DNA from: an uncultured virus (IMG/VR IMGVR_UViG_3300033121_001188)
Taxonomy: Duplodnaviria > Heunggongvirae > Uroviricota > Caudoviricetes
Length of the DNA stretch: 20,000 nucleotides
Direction: 5' to 3' (one strand)
IMG/VR virus record: IMGVR_UViG_3300033121_001188
The stretch's first letter is position 1, and every line of letters begins with the position of its first letter. The translations under genes and the position numbers were made by a program. The notes under the pieces are model-generated. The model did no database searches. It saw only the letters and a list, made by a program, of their open reading frames with translations, and was not told the DNA's origin. This document shows, piece by piece, positions 11,502-19,922 of this stretch.

Positions 11502-14500
11502 TTAGCATCATAAATTCTTCAGCGGGCTTAGTACCTCATACATAGTATTGATTAGATCAGATTGTTCTATCTTTTGAGCTACGTCTTGCGTAATCTCTCA
11601 GTTAGATACCGCCTTTTGTATTCTTTCGTTTTGTAGGTTTTGTAGTTCTGTTGTAATATTGGTATTCTTTTTATTCTTGAGGTATGTTGCTGCGTCTTGC
11701 ATCTTTGCGCCGTCTGATATACTAGATTTAAGCGCATATACCTCTCACGGTCTCTCCTCGAATAAAGAGCGTAGGAATGGCGTATCATACCTATCAGACT
11801 CTCTTACTCAGTTTGCGGCAAACCACTCTGTCGTAGGAGCTTCTAGTGCATCGAATTCCTCTTTATTCAGGATTGTTCATTTGTCGTACAATCTTGTTCA
11901 TCATTCAAATTTGCTTTGTATGTCAGTTGTTTTAATCGTTATTGCTTGCGCTCCTCATCACTCTTGTATATTTAATGTCACGTTATATTTGAATTGGTCA
12001 GAAAAGTCTCATACCTTCATTGGATTGAAATCGGTTATCTTGTTTCACAGATCATCATATTTTGGTTGCTGAATAGAAACCTTGCTTGAAGCGGCACTTG
12101 AAAATCAATATGTTATTTCCTGACCATTATTTCTAGCAATAAAGTATCATAATACATCATCTGCCGTTTTTGAGTCGTCCTCTACTAGCTTTGCAAGCAA
12201 ATCTGTTCTACTCGAAACTACTCAGATATTATTTAATCACTCCTCTAGCAGCCTTATGTTCAATCATCAGTTAACGGTACTTTGCTTTACAACCGTGGAT
12301 ATATCTGTTGATATGTCGTCAACAATTGAATATTCGAACAGCTTCGTCTTAATCACTTTGTTTAACTCTTGTTCTGTAATAGATCATGCTTTGACGGCGT
12401 TTTGCATAATTAACAATGACTCCTGTCATGCCTGTCTTATTTGGTCTATGTTTTCAAGGTTGAAATTTCCTACCCCAGCATCAAATCATAATTGTTCTAT
12501 CCTCTTTGCAAGTATAGATGACGTAAGGTCGTCATAATTAGCCACCCTATCCACAAGGAACTTTCATGTTTGCGCATTTTTGAGTTTTCCTATTGCTTGT
12601 CGTCAGTCTATTGGTAATCAGAAGAATATGTCTGCCACGGCGTCTGCTTTAGAATAATCTATGCCAGCTATGCTTCATATCGTTCAGTTTATTACTGCAT
12701 TAAGCGGTAATGTTTCTCACAACAGATTTCAAACCGCAGCAACTCTGTCAAGAGTCTGTATTCTAGATATCGCCGTAGTTGCTGTACTGGCGCCACGCGT
12801 TGCAGCCGTTCCAATCCTTCATAGTGCCCCACCAACTAACATACTTGCCACAACAGACACAACGTCGTCTGCATTTATGTAAAGTCAGTTTTTAGCCTTC
12901 TCTATGATTCCTCTGCTCTCATCTGCCTGTATCAGTCTAGTTCCTACGGATCATAATCAAAGTCTATCCATATCGTAGAACCTTTGCGGTCCGACCGCCC
13001 TAGCTCATCATATATATGCCTCTCTTAGTAGATTGAACTTGTTTTCGGTCAGAGTGATTAGGTCTGACGCAACTCATATAGGTGTTGCGATAGGCGAAAG
13101 CCATCCAAAATTATATCATCCAAGTTTCAGTTTGTTCTTTATTTTGAACGACATTAGCATGTCTCATATGTTTGTCTCTGGTGTCTCTCACATATAACGT
13201 ACCTTCAGCACATCGGAGAAGTCTCATTTTCCAGACTCGAGTCTTTGCCTAGCTTCAGCAGCTGGTGCTATTTCAGAGCTCCAATAATTCTGTGGTATAT
13301 TTTTTCTCATATACTCTATTGGCGTAACCCCGTATTTTTCAATGAATCTATCTGTCGCTATCTTTTCTGATTCTTTCGTTGACTTTCAATTTATTACCAA
13401 GTTTTCAAATTGGTTTCATATTAACTCGCTGAAGGCTGGCATTATAATATCCAAAGACGTCCTCAACTTATCTGCCTCCGCAAGTACTTCTTTTCTGGTC
13501 TCTGCGTCTGCTCATGATTCATCAAGAAGCTTCACCGTCGCCTCTATTGTTCCATAGAAATCTCTTACTTTTGCGGTATGTTCATTCTGTAACGCCCTAA
13601 AAGAAACTAACGTTTCGGTTTTCATTCACGCGAGCTTTTTAGCTCACTCATCGCTCAGCTTAATCGCACCAAATGTTTCCGCCTTCTTTGAAATATCTTC
13701 TGACGGCTCTAGATTAGAGAATATTGGTTTTGCTTTTTCTAAATATTTTTGTGTTTTTTCGGCAGATTTATATACCGCTGTTACGTATGACTTGAGTCAT
13801 CAGTACGTTATGTTTATTCAGTCTGGACGTAATGATTTTAATTGGTCATTTATATATGTGTCCCTCATCTTATCGATTGAGTCTAGTCATGCTATATATT
13901 CATCTGCGCTTAGCTTTCAATTGAAAAAACTGTCTCTGAGCGACACAAATGAATCTGTATATGCTTTAGACGCATTATATAGCACCTCTTGTGCTATTGT
14001 CTTCGTAGCCCTAGATGTTGGGTCGCTAAACATCGGCATAGCGCCAGAACTGCTTGTTCAATATTGTCAGCTGTTAGCTTTGAACGCATTGAATTGATTT
14101 AGCTCATTACGCTCCGCTATTCATGTTTGATATGCCAGCCCAGCAACCGCAGCTGATCAAGAAACCGTCTCTTTGAGTCATTGGAAAAAATTACGAGTTC
14201 CGTCTATATATTCTCTTGGATTAGAGATGAGCTCTGCGGCCTGTAGGATAGCGTATCACGTAGGGTTGGTGAATGAGTCAAAAACAACAGATGCTATGCT
14301 GGATGCTTTCTCAGCAATACCGTCATATATTGACTTTACTACGCCAGAATCTGGCAGTGCGTCTGGAAGATTTGCTGCTACAACGGCATCTTGTGCAACT
14401 TGTTGAGCAGCTATAGGTGCAGCCGCTGCTATTGCGGCTTCGGTTGGCAATTGTTGTTGCGCTATATTTACTTTTTGCGCTGCCTCAAAAGCAGAGTCTA

Positions 14501-15002
14501 CTGCTGATTGTAGTTGTCATGCGGCGTTAGTGTCTGGAGCCGGTAATTCAACACCAGCCTGTTGCGCTATATTGTTTGCAAGTTTGTCTGCTTCTTGGGC
14601 GTTGACGGACTGCAATATATTCTGTGCGGCGGTTGTAGCTGCCTCTGTCGATATTTTTGACAATTCTTCTTGTGCGGCTTGTCTCTGTCATTCGTTAATT
14701 ATATTTTGTGCAGCCTGTAGCGCAGCATCAGTTGTCTCGTATGTCGGTGTTCATTGTGCTGCCTGTGTAGCAATATCCACAGCAACCTGTGGAACATACG
14801 TCTGAGCGGCTGCTGTTTCGGCAGCGGTGACTGCCTGTTGTTCAGGAGTGTATTGTAAAGCCTGCTTGGCTACATCAACAGCAACATTTGCAGGTTGTTG
14901 TGCGGCTTGTTGTGCAACAGAAATAGCGGCATTAGCCGCTGCTTTATCGTTTCATCAGAAAAGATTTTTTACATAATCGTAAGCTCTGCTTAGAAAGTCC
15001 AT
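11502..15002 (-). CDS. Large putative virion ejection (internal) protein A, 1166 aa (code 25)
   Basis: ATG at 15002 (MDFLSRAYDYVKNLFGGN...), open to TAA at 11502-11504 (...LKNLGC*), containing ORF 14256..14450. Ala/Gln-rich N-terminus and a Gly/Ala hydrophobic segment (VVSVVASMLVGGALGRIGTAA). Confidence 0.8.
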
Positions 15003-15036
15003 TTGAAGTGCATGATAATCAATTTAATAATACAGT

Positions 15037-17301
15037 CTAGTATCGGTTAGCATTCCATGGAAGCTTTGTTGTTTTTTCTTTCATTTTATTCTCATGCATC
15101 TTCATCAAGAACTCTACTGTATTCATTTCTGCTAAAGTTGGTTTCCTTTGACTCGTGGTCTCTCTTGAAAGAATGTCTCATCTGGTACCAAACAATACAT
15201 ACATAATATATACTCAGAACATCATAGCAAATGCCTTATCGTCCTTTCACACTCATACAAGCCTCTTGTATCCGTTTTTCTGTTCCTTCAATTGCAGGTT
15301 TTCGATTTCATACAAGAGCGTTGTCTGTTCCTGTCATGATGTTTTTGTTGCCAGCTCCCTATTTATTCTTACATAAAATCACTCGAATGCCTCTTGGTTA
15401 TATTTGAGTACTTTTTTAGGAGCTATGTAGAATACTCAGCTGTCTCTATATTCTTTCTGCGTATCGGTTGGCAGAGAGTACATTGGGAAGTCTATCGTAA
15501 GGCGCTGTGATTCTGCGTTGTCTATCCAAGATTTGTCTGAGGTAATATCAGCTCATACGTATACCTCGTTGTCGTAATCTATAAGTCTATCGTGCCATAT
15601 TTCCTTGAGTTGCTTTATTTGGCTTATTTGTCACTTTCTGTCGGTGTTTGCGGTAAAGGAGTCTATCACATATATTCTGTCTCACAAGATTCATAAGATA
15701 CATACTCACGGATCGTCAGATTCTGTCGCCCTGTCGAGATATATCAATATATCATCGAACTTGTCTGGTATATCGTCAAAAGCACCAGCCACATCAAGCG
15801 TTTTTTGCTTGTCCATAAGGGTCGAGAAAAATTCTGCTAACACATATGCATCTCATCTTTGGCGCCTTGCATCTTGTATATTCTTTTTAATATTGTCTAA
15901 TCAAAACCTTTTAATTTGGCTTTCAGAATCATATATGGTGTATCTCTTGCAAACAAACGGCCTTGCGTTGAAATACTCTTCTCTCAGCTGTTCAAGCTCT
16001 CTAAGACTGCTTTCTACCTGCTCTTTTGTTTTTTTGTCTAGTCAATATTTCCTCCATAGCCTTACGATTAGATCTTCGTTCTGTTCATAATCAAATTGTC
16101 TCAACTCTGCAAAAGTGGCCTGTTGATAGAACCAGTTCTTTTGTGTTGAGCTGTCTACGGTTGATATACAGAATAACAGTGTACCATCTGCAATAAGGTT
16201 ACCCTTTAGGGCGTCATAAGCTGCACGATTGCAAATGGCAGCCTCGTCTATAATTGCCGCGAATGGTCTCATACCCCTAATAGACTTAGAATCCGCCGAC
16301 ACAAACACAAGCTCTCACACGATTATCTCCTTTCACATAACTACAGTTTTGAAGTAGAGAGATTTCTTGCTCTCGACAAACTCCAAGTAATACTGTCAAT
16401 AGGATTGTATACTATTTGAGATATACGGAAATATAGAGTTCACAATTGATTCTTCTGTTGGTCCTACATATATCACCTTTCTGTGGGACAATTTATTTGA
16501 GTGGTCTTGTCACAATGTAAAAAGCTCTGCGAGCAGAGTACATATCAATGACTTTCATCATCATCTCGTCATCATTAGATAATTCTCTCTTCCATAGTCC
16601 AGCAAGAACTCTCTTTGCCATCTTTCTAGTTTTTGCTCATTTGGATCATCATGGAATCAACCAAAAAGCGACTGCACGAATCTAGGCGCATACGATCAGT
16701 AAAGAGGCGTAGTAAATGTTCAGCCGTTGTACTTGTAGGCAATGGACGTGTAATCCTCTCATATACGTGTTTTTTCTATGTGTTTGGTCTTTGATCAGCC
16801 CTCTCTCTTATAATATGATATTTCATCGAACCTATACAATCAAGACATAAAAAGCTTCATAGCCAAGAGTCAGTCGTCTATAATTCTTTCTGTTCTTTGT
16901 TTTTTCTTGAATATAGGTATTCCACTTCTGCCATATATGTCGAACTCCTTCAAGAATGATATAAGCCAGTTCTTGATCTCATCAGAAACCTTTCAGTCTT
17001 TTACCTGTAGGTATAGTCGTTTGCGAAACTCTGATGTAATGTCCTCGTATCAGTCTGTCTCAGTAATTGCTGGCACAGATATTTCTATGGGATCTAATCA
17101 ATTGTCATAGTTGAATGTTTCCCAATAGTCAAAATCGCCATACCAGTCTATAGCGAGTTGCGGATCGATACAGAATTTGGCGTTTTCTTCGTTTCAGTCA
17201 TAAAAGGCAGACCCGTCAATTGCTTTTTTATATATAAAGCCAAAATTGTATCTGTTATATTTAGCCTGTGGCGAATAACTATATCTTCAATCATTAACCA
17301 T
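15037..17301 (-). CDS. terL: Terminase large subunit, 754 aa (code 25)
   Basis: Q motif (LERWQ), Walker A TRGGGKS (three TGA codons), VIYVGPT, Walker B SIRGMRPFAAIIDEAA, coupling motif CIST followed by NWFY, and nuclease motifs IYLDRATESDD and GVGKDDKAFA. Confidence 0.93.
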
Positions 17302-17668
17302 GTATCTCTTTTATTAGTTGCTTGATAATTTTGTTTTTTTCCTTAAGTTCATTTATCTCGGACGCGTTCTTCTTCAAAGCAGACTTATATGACGCTATTA
17401 TATTTGCCTTTATTCTTTTGGCAGACTTTGGGTATAGTTTCTCCGCCTTTGCAAGTGCTTTTTCTGGATCTGAAAAACAGTGCTTTTGGTCATATTTTCC
17501 GTTGATTAGTGTTGTTATCTTTCAGTTCGAAACCTCTTTATGGATCGACTGCACGATAATCTTTTCTATAGAGTCTTCTGGACACTTTGTAAAGTCAACC
17601 TTCTGAGTAGCTAGGTCGCTAACTCGTGTTCTTACGCGGTATGCGTACATTTCTTGTCATAGTTTCAT
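17294..17668 (-). CDS. Hypothetical basic protein, 124 aa, with C-terminal coiled coil
   Basis: MKLGQEMYAYRV...KKNASEINELKEKNKIIKQLIKEIHG*. Open under code 25; its stop overlaps the terL start by 8 nt. Confidence 0.7.
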
Positions 17669-17669
17669 T

Positions 17670-18020
17670 TTATAGCGATTGTTTAATAATTCATTCTCCA
17701 AATATTCAATAGTCCAATAGCACCAGAGCTAGCTCGCATATTCATAGGTGTATGTTCTCCGCGACAGTCGGTTGTCATCACAGTATCTCAAAATCAGATG
17801 ACAGATAGCAACAGAATATGTTTCAGTCGGTCTGCTGTAATAACTGTAGATCGTATGTCACTCACTTGTGCATTACTACCGCGGGTAGTTGCCTAATGGT
17901 TGTGAGTATATCAAATTCAAACTTCTTATCTGACTGAATAATGCTATTTTTTTGATCAGATTTGCTTTGTTTTGTAAAAATATTGAAAAATCAACTGTCT
18001 TTTTTGCTCTGTTTTCACAT
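17670..18020 (-). CDS. Hypothetical protein, 116 aa
   Basis: MGKQSKKDSGFFNIF...LLDYGIFGEGIIKQSL*; the second codon is TGA. It tiles exactly between its neighbours (1-nt gap downstream). Confidence 0.65.
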
Positions 18021-18035
18021 TTTTATAATATATTT

Positions 18036-18470
18036 TTAATTAAATCTATTTTTAACCGACTGTATTGCGTCGTATATAGCTGCAGACTTTTTCATATATC
18101 AGTCAAATTCCTTGTGCAGCTTCAATACAATTCACATTGCCTGCAGCCTAAAAATGATGTCGTACCACGACAAATATAGTCTTTTATCTATTGGCCCTTT
18201 TCATATAGCACAAAATACCTTATGTATTGGTATTCTTTGTTTACCATTTTTTGATAATTTCTTTATAACCAACTCGGCCTCTTCATGCGTCAATGGCTCA
18301 AAGATATTTATAAACTCTCATACTATCGCTGGTGACTGGCGTAATGTATGTAATCATGCTTGTTTTCGAACACTACGCTTGCGGTAAACCCTCTCAAAAG
18401 AATCTAGCTGTTCTTCCAAGTCACCCACTCATAGCTCAAATGCTAAGTCATCTGTTATTTGCAATTTCAT
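18036..18470 (-). CDS. Hypothetical protein, 144 aa
   Basis: MKLQITDDLAFELGVGDLEEQLDSFERVY...IQSVKNRFN*. Open under code 25, directly downstream of a predicted promoter. Confidence 0.7.
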
Positions 18471-18476
18471 GCCCAC

Positions 18477-18504
18477 ACTATAGCAAGAGTATGGTTATTT
18501 TCAA
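18477..18504 (-). promoter_or_regulatory. Sigma70-type promoter with extended -10; predicts a leaderless mRNA
   Basis: TTGAAA-N16-TATAGT with TG-N before the -10 (TGCTATAGT). The ATG at 18470 follows the -10 box after a 6-nt spacer. Confidence 0.62.
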
Positions 18505-18508
18505 GTGT

Positions 18509-18532
18509 AAAAAAAAATCTACGTGTGTAGAT
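18509..18532 (-). terminator. Intrinsic terminator closing the tRNA array
   Basis: ATCTAC-ACAC-GTAGAT followed by T8, immediately 3' of tRNA-Cys. Confidence 0.75.
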
Positions 18533-18533
18533 A

Positions 18534-18604
18534 AGCATCTGACTGGAATCGAACCAGCGTACACGGCTTTGCAGGCCGCCATCTAACCACTTGATTACAG
18601 ATGC
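18534..18604 (-). tRNA. tRNA-Cys(GCA)
   Basis: GCATCTG/CAGATGC acceptor stem, anticodon loop CT-GCA-AA, T loop GGTTCGATTCC; CCA not encoded. Confidence 0.92.
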
Positions 18605-18734
18605 ATATTTGCAACCGTTGATTGACTGATGACTTTCCCAGCATGAATATATCATATAAATGATACCACATATTTATAAGGCACACAGTGTGGTAGACTG
18701 CAATACCACGCACTATACAGTACGTTTTTATATA

Positions 18735-18808
18735 TGGCGGTCCGTACGGGTAACGCTCCCGTGTTACCACAGTGACAATGTGGCGTCCTACTATTGAACG
18801 AACGAACC
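18735..18808 (-). tRNA. tRNA-Asp(GTC), atypical T loop
   Basis: CCACA-TT-GTC-AC-TGTGG anticodon arm, T loop AGCGTTA, encoded CCA. Confidence 0.8.
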
Positions 18809-18811
18809 AAT

Positions 18812-18884
18812 TGGATAGGGTTGGAATTGAACCAACTTATCTGGCTTTTCAGACCAGCGCCTATACCTCTTCGGCCTCCTATCC
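18812..18884 (-). tRNA. tRNA-Phe(GAA)
   Basis: GGATAGG/CCTATCC acceptor; CTGGT-CT-GAA-AA-GCCAG. Confidence 0.88.
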
Positions 18885-18891
18885 ATACGTT

Positions 18892-18981
18892 TGCGCCAAA
18901 AGGGATTCGAACCCCCACAACAATCTTTCAGTTGACGGGATTTACAGTCCCGCTCCGCCTACCCATATCGGACTTTGACGC
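18892..18981 (-). tRNA. tRNA-Tyr(GTA)
   Basis: CGGGA-CT-GTA-AA-TCCCG, long variable arm, GGTTCGAATCC. Confidence 0.9.
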
Positions 18982-18987
18982 ATAAAG

Positions 18988-19062
18988 TGGAGCCTCCTAA
19001 TGGAATCGAACCATTATCTCATCTTTACAAGAGACACGTAATAACCACTATACTAAGAAGGC
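18988..19062 (-). tRNA. tRNA-Thr(TGT)
   Basis: GCCTTCT/AGGAGGC acceptor, loop CT-TGT-AA, encoded CCA. Confidence 0.85.
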
Positions 19063-19064
19063 AT

Positions 19065-19136
19065 TTGCGGGAGACGGAATCGAACCGTCCTGTTCGGCTT
19101 ATGAGACCGACCTCTGACCCAGTCGAGTTTCCCGCA
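19065..19136 (-). tRNA. tRNA-Met(CAT), initiator-like
   Basis: TGCGGGA...TCCCGCAA acceptor resembling tRNA-fMet; TCGGT-CT-CAT-AA-GCCGA. Confidence 0.82.
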
Positions 19137-19141
19137 TAATA

Positions 19142-19214
19142 TGAGGACAGTAGGGGTCGAACCTACAACCACGTGCTCCCAAAGCACGCATTCTACCATT
19201 TGAAATATATCCTC
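19142..19214 (-). tRNA. tRNA-Pro(TGG)
   Basis: CGTGC-TT-TGG-GA-GCACG; GAGGATA/TGTCCTC acceptor. Confidence 0.88.
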
Positions 19215-19218
19215 TAAA

Positions 19219-19287
19219 CAGGCTGTCCTAGAATCGAACTAGGCCTAGCGGATTTGGAGTCCGCCGTAAAGACCAACAATACAGCCT
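19219..19287 (-). tRNA. tRNA-Trp(CCA), reduced D arm
   Basis: AGGCTGT/ACAGCCT acceptor with G73; GCGGA-CT-CCA-AA-TCCGC; only 69 nt long with a weak D stem. Confidence 0.78.
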
Positions 19288-19298
19288 ATGCTATATTA

Positions 19299-19371
19299 TG
19301 TCCATGGAAGGAGTTGAACCTTCGACTTGCAGATTAAGAGTCTGCCACTCTGCCAGCTGAGTTACATGGAC
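19299..19371 (-). tRNA. tRNA-Lys(CTT)
   Basis: GTCCATG/CATGGAC acceptor; GCAGA-CT-CTT-AA-TCTGC. Confidence 0.92.
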
Positions 19372-19377
19372 TTATAG

Positions 19378-19451
19378 TGGGCCCGTTAGGGATTGAACCT
19401 AAGTATCTCTGTCTTATGAGGACAGCGCCTTTACCGCTTGGCTACAGACCC
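19378..19451 (-). tRNA. tRNA with CAT anticodon (Ile2/lysidine type or elongator Met)
   Basis: GGGTCTG/CGGGCCC acceptor; CTGTC-CT-CAT-AA-GACAG. Isotype cannot be fixed by eye. Confidence 0.85.
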
Positions 19452-19452
19452 A

Positions 19453-19527
19453 TGGGGTGTACGAGGAGTATCGATCTCCCGTCTCCTGCGCCACAAGCAG
19501 GCGTTCTACCATTGAACTACATACAAC
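19453..19527 (-). tRNA. tRNA-His(GTG)
   Basis: CCTGC-TT-GTG-GC-GCAGG; G-1 opposite C73; encoded CCA; 1:72 mismatch and T loop ATCGATA. Confidence 0.83.
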
Positions 19528-19533
19528 ACAAAG

Positions 19534-19608
19534 TGGCGTATACGGTTGGACTCGAACCAACAACCAACAAATTAACAGTTTGTCGCTCTACCTTTGAGCT
19601 ACGTACAC
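19534..19608 (-). tRNA. tRNA-Asn(GTT)
   Basis: ACAAA-CT-GTT-AA-TTTGT; G73; encoded CCA. Confidence 0.92.
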
Positions 19609-19614
19609 ATAGTA

Positions 19615-19686
19615 TAACTCTGGCTGGAATCGAACCAACATCAGTCGGGTAGAAGCCGAGTGCCTTATCCGTTGGGCTACAGAGTC
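19615..19686 (-). tRNA. tRNA-Arg(TCT)
   Basis: GACTCTG/CAGAGTT acceptor; TCGG-CT-TCT-AC-CCGA; D loop CGGATA with A20. Confidence 0.88.
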
Positions 19687-19687
19687 A

Positions 19688-19764
19688 TGGTACTTATGGA
19701 AGGACTTGAACCTTCAGATCGCCAATGTATCAGATTGGTGCTTTAACCATTAAGCTACATAAGT
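19688..19764 (-). tRNA. tRNA-Ile(GAT)
   Basis: ACTTATG/CATAAGT acceptor; CCAAT-CT-GAT-AC-ATTGG; encoded CCA. Confidence 0.9.
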
Positions 19765-19771
19765 TTATATT

Positions 19772-19845
19772 TGTCTCATGTTGGACTCGAACCAACCGCC
19801 TTCAGGTTAAAAGCCTGTTGCTCTAACCAGATGAGCTAATGAGAC
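19772..19845 (-). tRNA. tRNA-Lys(TTT)
   Basis: GTCTCAT/ATGAGAC acceptor; CAGG-CT-TTT-AA-CCTG. Confidence 0.9.
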
Positions 19846-19848
19846 ATA

Positions 19849-19921
19849 TGCACAAGGTCAGATTCGAACTGACAACCAACGCCGTGTAGGGACGCTGCTC
19901 TCGCCATTGAGCTACTCGTGC
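19849..19921 (-). tRNA. tRNA-Val(TAC), C33 variant
   Basis: GCACGAG/CTTGTGC acceptor; GCGTC-CC-TAC-AC-GGCGT. Confidence 0.83.
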
Positions 19922-19922
19922 G

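Noticed and set aside
7516..11507. A, B and C as one frameshifted giant gene
   Set aside because: Each junction has a clean TAA/TAG followed within 1-7 nt by an ATG, there is no slippery sequence, and terminal Cys residues flank both junctions.
8878..11788. Alternate-frame minus-strand ORFs 8878..9162 and 11579..11788
   Set aside because: They are short, nested out of frame inside proteins B and A, and have no independent support.
16555..16563. TGA as Trp (code 4) or selenocysteine
   Set aside because: It would give RWWWKS in the Walker A and Trp at turn positions such as DPVT-x and NPD-x-T. TGA is also far too frequent for Sec.
765..18470. Fragmented minus-strand ORFs as pseudogenes of a decayed prophage
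   Set aside because: Every interruption is TGA, the frames never shift within genes, and catalytic motifs are intact.
159..18586. The many plus-strand ORFs in the supplied track
   Set aside because: They are antisense shadows of long minus-strand genes, with Ser/Phe/Leu/Cys-rich non-protein-like composition. The minus strand is already fully tiled under code 25.
18467..19652. Short ORFs overlapping the tRNA array
   Set aside because: They are incidental translations across tRNA genes.
19849..19921. tRNA-Val as an amber (CTA) suppressor
   Set aside because: Stem pairing centres the loop CCTACAC on TAC, and TAG is used as a real stop in this window.
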